A stretch of DNA of 64,000 nucleotides from a virus, in the IMG/VR virus record IMGVR_UViG_3300032116_015796, positions 1-64,000 of that record; one strand, 5' to 3'. Numbering within the stretch: position 1 is the stretch's first letter; every line of letters begins with the position of its first letter. Below, one piece after another: positions 8,770-18,149 of this stretch. Under the pieces are notes generated by a model. It worked only from the letters and a program-made list of their open reading frames with translations, searched no databases and was not told where the DNA came from. The translations under genes and the position numbers were made by a program.

Positions 8770-10596
8770 TTAAATTCCTCCTCCGTCAGTTATTGTCCAT
8801 AATTTTGTTCCTGTTAGGTATGTTCTACTTGCACCTGCAGTTGAAATCGTGTATATAGAGCTTCCTCCATCAAATGACACTCCTGATTGTAATGAGCCAC
8901 CTAAAGATGCCCACCCATTTAGTAAAGAATCATAGTTTACGGTTGATAATGTTATACCGTTAAACATTGCCGTCATATTTGTTACATTAGAAACATTCCA
9001 TCCACCTAAATTTTGGTCAAATAAATTGGCAGATTGGAACATAGAGCCCATATCGGTTACAGACGAGACATCCCAACTACTAATATTTTGGTTAAAGTTT
9101 GTTGTGTTACCAAACATCGTAAACATATTGGTAACAGACGAAACATTCCAACCACCAATTGGTTGATTAAAAGGGGTATTATAGAACATATACTCCATAT
9201 TTGTAACTACTGAAACATTCCATAAATTTATACCTAAAGAACCTCCGTTGTTAAAACTTGTAGCATTACCAAACATAAAATACATATTTGTAACTGAAGA
9301 TACATCCCATAAACTAATATCTTGATTGAATACACTCGCTTGTGCAAACATTGTAGACATATTAGTAACCGAAGAAACATCCCAATTTCCAAGTGGTTGA
9401 TTAAATGATATTGCATTTGTAAACATACCCCCCATATTTGTAACATTAGAAACATTCCATGTATTAATATTTTGATTAAACATATTTGTACCACCAAACA
9501 TTACGAGCATTGACGTTACATTTGACACGTCCCAACTTCCAATATATTGATTAAAGTTAGACGCATTCTGAAACATAGTACCCATATTGGTTACAGATGA
9601 AACATCCCAACTATCCATATTATTAACAGTTGTTAAACTTGAACATGATGCGAACATTGAATATAAGCTTGTAATACCTGTCAAATCAGGTGTATCAGTA
9701 ACTCCCGTTAAAACCAAGTTAGTACACGCATTAAACATCGATGCGTTTGAATTAGACTCCCCTCTTAAAGGTCCCCATTTTATAATTTCTTTTATATTAT
9801 CTTTATATAATGTTGCATGAGTCGCAAAATTCCAACCTTCAATTGTTCCTGTAATTGTAATTGTATAATCACCAGGTGACGCGTAAGTGTGAGTTCTATT
9901 GGCGTATGAGTTAACAGATGTATTACCATCACCCCAATTAATTATTCCCGAATAAGTTCCTGTTGGTGAGTACGGAAGTTCAATTGTAGTTGACGCAGAC
10001 CATACTGAAATAAATGCAAAAGGTAATGGAGATGGAGTTGGTGTTAACGTAGGAGTCACAGTTGGGGTAGGGGTTGGTGTCATTGTTAGGGTAATTGTGG
10101 GTGTTGGTGTCGGTGAAAGAGGGGGTGGTAATGGTTCACAAGCACCCATAACACAAGGAATTCCAACCGATATTAAAACCCCATCCTCTGCGGTAGGTAA
10201 TTTCCCACAAAATAATAATTCGGTTGTACCGTCAATTAACCCATAGAATATTGTCCCGTTACATTGAGTATAACTAAAATCTTTCTTTACTGTGGTTATA
10301 TTACTAAACTGAATACAATTACATTGAGCAATTGTTGGTGTAGGAGTCATTGTTGGTGTCATTGTTGGTGTAGGAGACGGACAACTATACAGTTGAAAAA
10401 ATTCACAACCGTTAGAATCTATTAATTTAACTATAACAGAACTAACACTATCTAAAGGATAAACTAAAGTATATAGAAAATTTGGAGGAATATTAATCCC
10501 GACACCTGCCGACGCACAATATGTTAGAGTCGAATCACAAACATATACATCGTAAGGTCCCGTACCAGTTGCTCCTGTTATTTCTATTGTCTGCAT
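8770..10596 (-). CDS. DUF285/BspA-family leucine-rich repeat protein with PKD-like domain and PT-rich linkers (putative virion adhesin)
   Basis: About 8-9 copies of the 25-aa WDVSSVTNMxxMF...FNQxIxx repeat; INWGDG...HTYASPGDYTITI. Start refined to ATG 10596. Confidence 0.85.
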   Translation of the reverse strand: MQTIEITGATGTGPYDVYVCDSTLTYCASAGVGINIPPNFLYTLVYPLDSVSSVIVKLIDSNGCEFFQLYSCPSPTPTMTPTMTPTPTIAQCNCIQFSNITTVKKDFSYTQCNGTIFYGLIDGTTELLFCGKLPTAEDGVLISVGIPCVMGACEPLPPPLSPTPTPTITLTMTPTPTPTVTPTLTPTPSPLPFAFISVWSASTTIELPYSPTGTYSGIINWGDGNTSVNSYANRTHTYASPGDYTITITGTIEGWNFATHATLYKDNIKEIIKWGPLRGESNSNASMFNACTNLVLTGVTDTPDLTGITSLYSMFASCSSLTTVNNMDSWDVSSVTNMGTMFQNASNFNQYIGSWDVSNVTSMLVMFGGTNMFNQNINTWNVSNVTNMGGMFTNAISFNQPLGNWDVSSVTNMSTMFAQASVFNQDISLWDVSSVTNMYFMFGNATSFNNGGSLGINLWNVSVVTNMEYMFYNTPFNQPIGGWNVSSVTNMFTMFGNTTNFNQNISSWDVSSVTDMGSMFQSANLFDQNLGGWNVSNVTNMTAMFNGITLSTVNYDSLLNGWASLGGSLQSGVSFDGGSSIYTISTAGASRTYLTGTKLWTITDGGGI

Positions 10597-10600
10597 AATT

Positions 10601-11074
10601 TTACGAACATTGTGTTGGAGTTGGTGTTGTAGTTTTTGTTGGTGTTGGTGTTGGTTTAGATGGTAAGCAACCACAAGGGTTTGTACAACTTACAGTTGGT
10701 GTTGGTGTCGGAGTTGGTGTTACTGTATTTGTTGGTGTCACGCTTGGTGATGGACTTATACAAGGTGTTAATGTCGGGGTGACTGAAGGTGTTAATGTCG
10801 GAGTTGGTGTTTGTGTCTTTGTTGGGGTAATTGTAGGTGTCGGTGTAGGTGTTGGTCTTGGTACGTTTAAATAATACACACAATTATTGAACAATGTTGT
10901 TATAGTATATATACCATATATTTCTTGTGGTGGATTAAGTAATCCTGCATTAAAAGTAAACGGTAATTCGTGGTCACCTAAATTCAAAACTAATTCAGTC
11001 CCCTGTGGATTGAACAAAATGTTTGCAATCTCACCATCATAATTTATACTTTGTATTGTAATAATTTGATTCAT
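10601..11074 (-). CDS. Small PT-rich putative virion protein
   Basis: ~70-aa beta-rich N-term followed by (PT)n tract; tightly packed with neighbours. Confidence 0.65.
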   Translation of the reverse strand: MNQIITIQSINYDGEIANILFNPQGTELVLNLGDHELPFTFNAGLLNPPQEIYGIYTITTLFNNCVYYLNVPRPTPTPTPTITPTKTQTPTPTLTPSVTPTLTPCISPSPSVTPTNTVTPTPTPTPTVSCTNPCGCLPSKPTPTPTKTTTPTPTQCS

Positions 11075-11077
11075 TAA

Positions 11078-14000
11078 TTAAAAATTGTTTTCTATTGCTA
11101 GACAGACTTCACCGTTCTCGTTTATTAATCTCTGCATATCAGAGAAACTAATAAAGGCATAACCATTTTTGCCCCAAGAGCGTCCCCAACTGTTTTTAAT
11201 TCTAAATAGTTTAGTTCTTAAATCAACCCCATTTATAACATAAGCATGACCACCAACTATTCTTCCATTCACCTTTATTAATCCATTTTTATTTGGTCTA
11301 AACATACCTTGATACCAATTAGTACCAACTACAACAGGTCCTTTAACTAAAACTGTATTAATCAAAACCGCAAGGTCATATGTCCATAAATAAGATGATA
11401 TTCTTCCTGTGTTTTTCAAAAACTTAGCTCCACCTCTTACCGATGTTCCGTCATAGTTTTCGCCAAACCACTCATCTAATTTTTGAGCTTGTTTATAAAT
11501 TGTTGTTGGGTTTACTATCGGGGGGACTCCTCCGTGTTTAATAGGTCCATCTTCAATCCAATGAGCCCAAGCGTAACCAACACATTGTGGAGTACTTCCT
11601 TGATTTCCCCACCATTCCTCAGAATCCCAGTATTTTGAAGTCAATGTTGTTGGTCTGAATTGCAATTTATTTTCGATTAAGAACAATCTATCTCTTTTAT
11701 CTTCAATATAAACTCTTCCTAATGGTAAAGGTTCGGTCGTTGTTGTAGTTGTGGTAGGATTGAAAGTTGTAGTAGTTGTTGTTGGGTTAAATGTTGTTGT
11801 GGTTGTTGTAGGATTGACAGTAGTAGTTGTTGATGTTGGTGTATCCCCTGTTGTGTAATTAAAATCATCTGGTAGACATACTAAAGTTGAGCAATCAGGA
11901 CAATCAGGATTAAACATCCTAAAAGTGTTTTTTAACAACAAGAAGTTATGTTTCACTTCAGGAGCCGAAAGAGGTGTGATATACATTCTAAATTGTGAAA
12001 TCGCGCCTTCAAAAGTTCCTGCAAAATTTTGTTCTATTTGGATGTTAGTTTTTAATCCGTTTAAAGAAGTTCCTGTCAAATCATTAGTCGGGAAATTTTC
12101 AGGGTCTTGTTGGTAAGGTCCGAAATATAAAATTTCTTCTCTAGTCACCAAAGTCAAAGTATTTGTATTAGACGGATTTGTTATTACGGGAGTGTCATTC
12201 CAATGAGCAATTAGTACTCCTGATTCATTATTTAAGTTAGTTAATATTTGAGGTTCACCAAAACAATCTATATAGTCAATGTCAGTTGTTACATCACCAA
12301 TTGAATAGTTCCAAACTGAACATGCTCTGAATGTTAAGTTTTCTCTTAACCCTTGAGTTCCTCCACCCCAAGACACGTTGAAAGGAACTCCAACTTGTTT
12401 TTCTTTATCGGTGTTTAGTGCTCTTGGGATTATTTCCTCAAAATCTTCTATAGTCCAAAATAACTTACCATTGATATAAATTTTAAGTCTTCCTTTTCTA
12501 TATTTTTTTTCTAATAACCATTTCTCATTAAGATTTACAATTTCAATTTTTTCCGCCTCTTCCGCTTCAGGACGAGTATATGGTACGGTAATTAGTGAGG
12601 AAGTATTATTCGCTAAAGATTCTAAATATAACTTTTTAGTTATATCACCTAAACCTCCTCGATACCATAAATCACAATCATCAAACCAAGTATATCTTTC
12701 CCATACGGCATCGATTTGAAACCAATGTTCCAAATCTAACCATGCGGGGTTAATTTCAAAACAATCAGGATATATTGGAGGTGAACAGTAATCTAAAACA
12801 GTATAACCAGTTGTATAGGTTACCCCTGTAGTAGAACAAGAACCTGTTGTTTCACAGTCTCCTGTAAATAATAAAACTCTAACCCCTATCTGAGGGTTTT
12901 TAGGTTCTCCACATAATCTAAATGATAAAGCGTTAGACATTGCATCATATAAAGGGTCTTTTTCACAAGTGTCCTCAATTGACGTAAATCCCGTATTAAC
13001 ATTACAAGGTAAACAATCATTACATGTATTACACTTAGTACATGAAGGTGTACAAACAGGTGGTAAAATGCAACCGTCAGATATTGGTGTAGGACTTGGT
13101 GTTGGAGTTGGCGTTGGAAAAATAATAGAATCACATTTATGTGTCTGACATTCCCACCCACACGATTCACATCTTATTTCTCCACATCCACATCCACATG
13201 AAATACTTTTTTGAGCATTACCCTTACACTTATCACAACCATAATTAACATGAGTGTCATGTATTCCTCCTTCAGACCTTGGTGGATAAACAAAAATACA
13301 ACGACTATTTGTTATTGTTTTGTTACAACAAGCACAAGTTGTTAAACCTGATAATGGGGTAGTTATACGAGTATATCCTGTGAAACAATTTGGAGTTCCG
13401 TCAGCATGATGATAAAATTTATTTTCGGCTCTTGTTCCAAAATAAAAGAAAGTGTTTTTATTATTAGGATAAATTTTATTTAATGTTGTCTCACCAGGTC
13501 CTGGAAAATATTCATTAATTAACCTTGGTTTCAATATCATTTCAACTGACCAACCTTTGTTCATCCTTTCAGGAAAAATATCATAATCATATCCGAACAA
13601 CCTATAAAATCCTTGATAGAATCCACCATATAGTTCATGGTATCTACCTTCAAACGGACTAAATTTACTTACCACTTCATAAAGTACAACGTCAGGAAAA
13701 CCTGAAAATCTAACAATATCATTACCTGTATTTGCGGTAACTTGAAAAAGTTTTAGTCTTCTGTCAAAACTTAATCTATCAAATTTTTGAGTGTTATTTA
13801 GTAAACCTTCAGTAAACGTTATTGTTTGTCCTGTCATATATTCCACAAGACCGTTATCAACTCCTGTTAATCCTATATCACAAGAAGTGGATGAGGACAA
13901 ACATTTTAAATCAATTTCTTTTGGGTTGTAATAATTTTGGGAAACAAAAACATTGTTTTTATTATAGTTTTTGTAAGTAAGAGTTAAATTCTGTGCAGTT

Positions 14001-14188
14001 TCAATATTATTAATGTCGAAATAAAAAGGTAATCTATTACCATGTGTTTGGGCAATTAAATAAGGAGAGAAAACAACCTCCTGATTAAAATCCATTTCAT
14101 CATTAGTCAATGACATATCATGTGTATCCAAAGATAACTTCGGAAACAAATTAGGTCTAGCATATTGATTTATATTTTGACTCGCCAT
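11078..14188 (-). CDS. Large Cys-rich virion-type protein with split LamG-like domain, Thr-rich linker and C-terminal papain-like (C1) cysteine peptidase
   Basis: RLKIYINGKL, FEGAISQFRMYITPLS (LamG-like); NQGSTPQCVGYAW, GGHAY, IKNSWGRSWG (C1 catalytic Gln/Cys/His/Asn). Confidence 0.75.
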   Translation of the reverse strand: MASQNINQYARPNLFPKLSLDTHDMSLTNDEMDFNQEVVFSPYLIAQTHGNRLPFYFDINNIETAQNLTLTYKNYNKNNVFVSQNYYNPKEIDLKCLSSSTSCDIGLTGVDNGLVEYMTGQTITFTEGLLNNTQKFDRLSFDRRLKLFQVTANTGNDIVRFSGFPDVVLYEVVSKFSPFEGRYHELYGGFYQGFYRLFGYDYDIFPERMNKGWSVEMILKPRLINEYFPGPGETTLNKIYPNNKNTFFYFGTRAENKFYHHADGTPNCFTGYTRITTPLSGLTTCACCNKTITNSRCIFVYPPRSEGGIHDTHVNYGCDKCKGNAQKSISCGCGCGEIRCESCGWECQTHKCDSIIFPTPTPTPSPTPISDGCILPPVCTPSCTKCNTCNDCLPCNVNTGFTSIEDTCEKDPLYDAMSNALSFRLCGEPKNPQIGVRVLLFTGDCETTGSCSTTGVTYTTGYTVLDYCSPPIYPDCFEINPAWLDLEHWFQIDAVWERYTWFDDCDLWYRGGLGDITKKLYLESLANNTSSLITVPYTRPEAEEAEKIEIVNLNEKWLLEKKYRKGRLKIYINGKLFWTIEDFEEIIPRALNTDKEKQVGVPFNVSWGGGTQGLRENLTFRACSVWNYSIGDVTTDIDYIDCFGEPQILTNLNNESGVLIAHWNDTPVITNPSNTNTLTLVTREEILYFGPYQQDPENFPTNDLTGTSLNGLKTNIQIEQNFAGTFEGAISQFRMYITPLSAPEVKHNFLLLKNTFRMFNPDCPDCSTLVCLPDDFNYTTGDTPTSTTTTVNPTTTTTTFNPTTTTTTFNPTTTTTTTEPLPLGRVYIEDKRDRLFLIENKLQFRPTTLTSKYWDSEEWWGNQGSTPQCVGYAWAHWIEDGPIKHGGVPPIVNPTTIYKQAQKLDEWFGENYDGTSVRGGAKFLKNTGRISSYLWTYDLAVLINTVLVKGPVVVGTNWYQGMFRPNKNGLIKVNGRIVGGHAYVINGVDLRTKLFRIKNSWGRSWGKNGYAFISFSDMQRLINENGEVCLAIENNF

Positions 14189-14237
14189 CTTTTTTATGAT
14201 AAATACACCAAAACGAAGTATTTATTGATAAAAAAGA
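14189..14237. promoter_or_regulatory. Divergent pair of late-type motifs forming an inverted repeat
   Basis: cttttttatgataaatac ... gtatttattgataaaaaag; GTATTTAT on each gene's sense strand 10-13 nt before the ATG. Confidence 0.6.
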
Positions 14238-14238
14238 C

Positions 14239-15075
14239 ATGATAAGTTTTAATAAAGAATATTTCAGAAACAATTGTTATTTCTTCTTGAAGGATAGGGG
14301 AGAAACTTTTTCTTTATATTATTCTGTTGCGGATACTTTAACTGAGTCAAGAAAAAATGACGATAAGAAAGACTTTCCAAAAAGTAAGTTAAAAAAAATA
14401 GAATCATTGATTAAAAAATATTTTACATCTAAGACAAAACCTTCAAAAAAGGAAGTGGACAAAGATTTAGATAACGTTGAAAAAACTGAAATTGATGAAT
14501 TAATTGATTCTGATGGTACTATGTTAAGTTCAAGAGTGCCATTTTTAAACATGTATTTACATCCTAAAAAAACAATGGACCAAACTGTTGTTGCTTCGAG
14601 AGTTTCTAATGACCCTGTAACAAGAGGATATCGTGCGGTTTATTGGGGTGAGAGTGAAGATGAGAAAGATAACGTAGTATCTGAAATAGATTATTCGGAT
14701 GCTTTTGGTTATGAAGAAACTGAAAATAAAGACTTTAATGATACCGTAAAAACCTTAAAAACTATGGGAGTAGATAATGCGGTAGAAAGAGCAAAACAAT
14801 TTGGTAAATTACCAAAACAAAAAAGAACAAAAGGAAAACTAAAACAAAGATTAGTCGAAAAAGGGGCTATCGAAGAAGAACAAAAGAAAATGATGTCTAA
14901 AATGGTTGAAGATATTTTGGCTAAAAAATCAAAAGACTCTTCAGACGTAGTTTCTAAAGGTGATAATGCGGTAAGTAAGGTACTTATAAAGAACTTGAAA
15001 TCCATTAAAAAAATTGCAGAAAAAGAAGGTGTTAGTATAAATAAATTAATAAACATTCTCAAAACAGATGAATAA
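14239..15075 (+). CDS. Hypothetical phage protein
   Basis: 278-aa ORF with late-type motif upstream. Confidence 0.75.
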   Translation: MISFNKEYFRNNCYFFLKDRGETFSLYYSVADTLTESRKNDDKKDFPKSKLKKIESLIKKYFTSKTKPSKKEVDKDLDNVEKTEIDELIDSDGTMLSSRVPFLNMYLHPKKTMDQTVVASRVSNDPVTRGYRAVYWGESEDEKDNVVSEIDYSDAFGYEETENKDFNDTVKTLKTMGVDNAVERAKQFGKLPKQKRTKGKLKQRLVEKGAIEEEQKKMMSKMVEDILAKKSKDSSDVVSKGDNAVSKVLIKNLKSIKKIAEKEGVSINKLINILKTDE

Positions 15076-15538
15076 AGATTTATACGGACATAAAGTACCT
15101 ATTCCTGAAGAAGTTGTAACTTATTTACAACAATGTCATGATGCGGCACAAGGCGCGGATGAGAACACTGAAGGATATAGAAGAAATAAAGAACTTAGAG
15201 ATTCAAAAGAAGCTACGTACCAACAATTAAAAAGGATGAAAAATTTCTTTGACAATTTTAATGGTCATGAAAATGATTTACCATTCATATTAAATGGTGG
15301 TCATTATGTTAAGGGATGGGTAGATAGAACTTTAGGAGGTATGAGAGATGGGGTTGAATTAGGTAAAGAAATTAAGTCAGAAGTTTTACCAAATCAATTT
15401 ATCCAACAACATGATAAAAACGATTTAAAGAATTTGAATAGACCGAGTAAAAGTCATTCAAGTAACGTTGAGTATTATGATTTAGCAGTAACAGAAAGTT
15501 TAAAACGAATAAACGATTTAATAAAAAAAATAATTTAA
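15068..15538 (+). CDS. Hypothetical phage protein
   Basis: 156-aa ORF overlapping the previous stop; LKRMKNFF..GG..VKGW motif. Confidence 0.75.
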   Translation: MNKDLYGHKVPIPEEVVTYLQQCHDAAQGADENTEGYRRNKELRDSKEATYQQLKRMKNFFDNFNGHENDLPFILNGGHYVKGWVDRTLGGMRDGVELGKEIKSEVLPNQFIQQHDKNDLKNLNRPSKSHSSNVEYYDLAVTESLKRINDLIKKII

Positions 15539-15539
15539 T

Positions 15540-15836
15540 ATGGCAGTTAATGAACCTTTAAATTTTGAACAACCAAGCAATGAGTTGTCGTCTATCGCTG
15601 ATGCGGAGAGAAAAAAACTTTTACCTAAAAATGATTTTGTTAGACAGGCAAATGAGTATTCTTCGGTTAACAAAGATGCTTTGGCTGACGGAGATGATTA
15701 TGGTAAAGGTACGGGAGTATTCTTAGATGTTTATAATCAAGGAGCGGGAGCGATTCAGGATATCCTTGAAAGAAAAGCTGAAGTGGTTATTAATGAATAT
15801 CAACCAAACAAACCTTACACAACACCAAGCGCGTAA
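15540..15836 (+). CDS. Hypothetical phage protein
   Basis: 98-aa ORF, translationally coupled. Confidence 0.7.
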   Translation: MAVNEPLNFEQPSNELSSIADAERKKLLPKNDFVRQANEYSSVNKDALADGDDYGKGTGVFLDVYNQGAGAIQDILERKAEVVINEYQPNKPYTTPSA

Positions 15837-16240
15837 TGAAACTAACCAACATCGCAAAATCATTAATTTTGGAAGTTGCGTCTATTGAAAATATAGTAGA
15901 TGCAATAAAAAAACGCCAAAAAATTGTGGTTTATTATGATGGTGATGAACCAGGTGGTAGAGGTTTAAGAGAAATAGAACCTGTTTGTTTTGGTTACAGT
16001 AAAGCGGATAACCCTGTGTTAAGAGCATGGGATTTAGAAGGAGCGTCTCATACAGGTTATAAAGGAGAACAACCTTTACCAGGTTGGAGACTTTTTAGGG
16101 TAGATAAAATATTATCGTTTAAACCAACAGGAGAAACTTTCAACGAACCTAAACCAAATTACAATCCTAATGGTGACAAAAGTATGAAAAGAGTTATAAT
16201 TAACGTTGTATTCGATAATCAACAACCACAAACTGTATAA
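15836..16240 (+). CDS. Stand-alone WYL-domain protein
   Basis: AIKKRQKIVVYY...REIEPVCFG...LRAWD...WRLFRVDKI. Confidence 0.8.
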   Translation: MKLTNIAKSLILEVASIENIVDAIKKRQKIVVYYDGDEPGGRGLREIEPVCFGYSKADNPVLRAWDLEGASHTGYKGEQPLPGWRLFRVDKILSFKPTGETFNEPKPNYNPNGDKSMKRVIINVVFDNQQPQTV

Positions 16241-16241
16241 T

Positions 16242-16829
16242 ATGAATAGCGAGAATGAATTAATCCAAAAACTTATGATGTCCAAAAAAATAATGGACAT
16301 ACACAATAAAACACCAAGAACCCAAAATCCAGGTATGAACATTAATATGCCTGTTGTTGAGGAATTTTCCGCTCCTCAGGCATCATACAATATACCACAA
16401 GATGTGTTAACTGAAGTTAGTCATACATCATCACCTAAAAAAATGACACAAGAAATTCCTACAGAACAAAGAATTATGTCATCTAAACTACCTGATGAAA
16501 TTAAAAGACTAATGATTGAACATCCAATCGCACAACCTAACTCAATGGCGGGTCCTACATTATCAAATGACTTGGTTGAGAAAGCGTCAAGATTAATGGG
16601 AACAACTCCTCAGATTCAAGAAACAACACAACAAACAAGAAGACAAACTAATACGTCTAATATAGATTTAGACGAAATTAGGTCTGTTGTTAGAGAGACT
16701 GTTGAAGATGTTTTAAAGGAAAATGGTCTTTTAGTTGAATCCACAACTAAATCTAACGAAACAATTACCTTTAAAGTCGGTAAACACATTTTTGAAGGTA
16801 GAGTTACCAAAGTGAAAAAAATCCAATAA
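16242..16829 (+). CDS. Hypothetical phage protein
   Basis: ORF; start refined to ATG 16242 after the WYL stop; followed by a terminator. Confidence 0.7.
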   Translation: MNSENELIQKLMMSKKIMDIHNKTPRTQNPGMNINMPVVEEFSAPQASYNIPQDVLTEVSHTSSPKKMTQEIPTEQRIMSSKLPDEIKRLMIEHPIAQPNSMAGPTLSNDLVEKASRLMGTTPQIQETTQQTRRQTNTSNIDLDEIRSVVRETVEDVLKENGLLVESTTKSNETITFKVGKHIFEGRVTKVKKIQ

Positions 16830-16837
16830 CTACCTAT

Positions 16838-16867
16838 AACCCCTCAAATAGAGGGGTTTTTTATTTT
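16838..16867 (+). terminator. Rho-independent terminator
   Basis: AACCCCTC-aaata-GAGGGGTT followed by a T-run. Confidence 0.8.
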
Positions 16868-16875
16868 TACAAAGG

Positions 16876-16906
16876 TTGATTAAAAACATTAGATGTACTA
16901 TATTTC
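16876..16906 (+). promoter_or_regulatory. Bacteroidota-type housekeeping promoter (near-consensus) for the sugar-modification operon
   Basis: TTG(16876)-N20-TATATTTC(16899). Confidence 0.5.
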
Positions 16907-16927
16907 AATTATTATATTGAAAATACT

Positions 16928-18148
16928 ATGTCTAAAAAAATTAATGTTTTAATACTTCCATCAGATAAAACTGGTGTTGGTAAATTCCGCTCTGTAGACC
17001 CTCATATTATGCTACAAAACTTATATCCTGATGATTTTCATGTGGATATTGATTATGAACCTAGAATAAATGACCCTAATTTTTGGAAAAAGTACCAAAT
17101 CGTACACGTTCACAGAAACATTGGAGTTAACTACGACCAAACTCCTCATTTAATTAAATCTCTTAAAGAGATGGGTATCATTGTGATTGTTGATATTGAT
17201 GATTATTGGTTACCAACTAAAGAACATCCAATACACTCTATAATTTTACATGATAAAATTCATGAGAAAATTGTCGCTAATCTTAGAGTTGCAAGTTACG
17301 TAACTACAACAACAAAAATATTTGCTGACGAAATTCGCAAATTTAATAAAAATGTTGTCGTTTTACCGAACGCAATTAATCCTGATGAACCTCAATTCAA
17401 CCAACCAACAGAAGAATCTGATAGAATTAGAGTGGGTTGGTTAGGGGGGTCTTCCCACTTACACGATTTAAAACTTTTAGACGGTTTCATCTCAAAAAAT
17501 GGTTCTGAGATTAACAATAAATTACAATATGTTATTTGTGGTTTTGATACAAGAGGTTCTGTAACTGAAATAGACCAAAAAACAGGTCAAAGAAAACAAA
17601 GACCTATTCGACCTGAAGAAACTGTTTGGGCAAGGTATGAGGAAATTTTTACAAACAAATACGGCATAATTGATGAAAACTATAAAAAGTTCTTATTAGA
17701 ATTTAAAGAACAAGAATATGTTGGTGACAGTACGTTACCGTATCGAAGAGTTTGGACAAAACCTGTTAATCAATATGCAGCAAATTATTCTAAATTTGAT
17801 ATTTCATTAGCACCAATTAAAAATCACATTTTTAACAGAATGAAATCTCAACTTAAAGTTATTGAAGCGGGATTTTATAAAAAAGCATTAATTGCATCCC
17901 AAGTAGGTCCTTATACAATTGATTTAAAACACGCGTTAAAAGAAGGTCAATTTACTGATGGTAATGCTTTGTTAGTTCAAGAGGCACGAAATCATAGTGA
18001 TTGGTCTAAGTACATTAAAAAATTGGTACAAAACCCAAATTTAATTACTGACTTGGGAGAAAGACTATATGAAACAGTTAAGGATACCTATCACTTGAAA
18101 AACGTGACAATAACAAGAGCAGAATTTTATAAATCTATTGTTAACTAA
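16928..18148 (+). CDS. GT-B (GT4-like) glycosyltransferase
   Basis: VDIDDYW, VLPNAI, VGWLGGSSH, DISLAP...FNRMKSQLKVIEAG. Confidence 0.8.
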   Translation: MSKKINVLILPSDKTGVGKFRSVDPHIMLQNLYPDDFHVDIDYEPRINDPNFWKKYQIVHVHRNIGVNYDQTPHLIKSLKEMGIIVIVDIDDYWLPTKEHPIHSIILHDKIHEKIVANLRVASYVTTTTKIFADEIRKFNKNVVVLPNAINPDEPQFNQPTEESDRIRVGWLGGSSHLHDLKLLDGFISKNGSEINNKLQYVICGFDTRGSVTEIDQKTGQRKQRPIRPEETVWARYEEIFTNKYGIIDENYKKFLLEFKEQEYVGDSTLPYRRVWTKPVNQYAANYSKFDISLAPIKNHIFNRMKSQLKVIEAGFYKKALIASQVGPYTIDLKHALKEGQFTDGNALLVQEARNHSDWSKYIKKLVQNPNLITDLGERLYETVKDTYHLKNVTITRAEFYKSIVN

Positions 18149-18149
18149 T

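Noticed and set aside
8940-9660. Possible DGR target/template pair in the DUF285 repeats
   Set aside because: Ordinary 75-bp coding repeats; variation not confined to adenines; no reverse transcriptase in window
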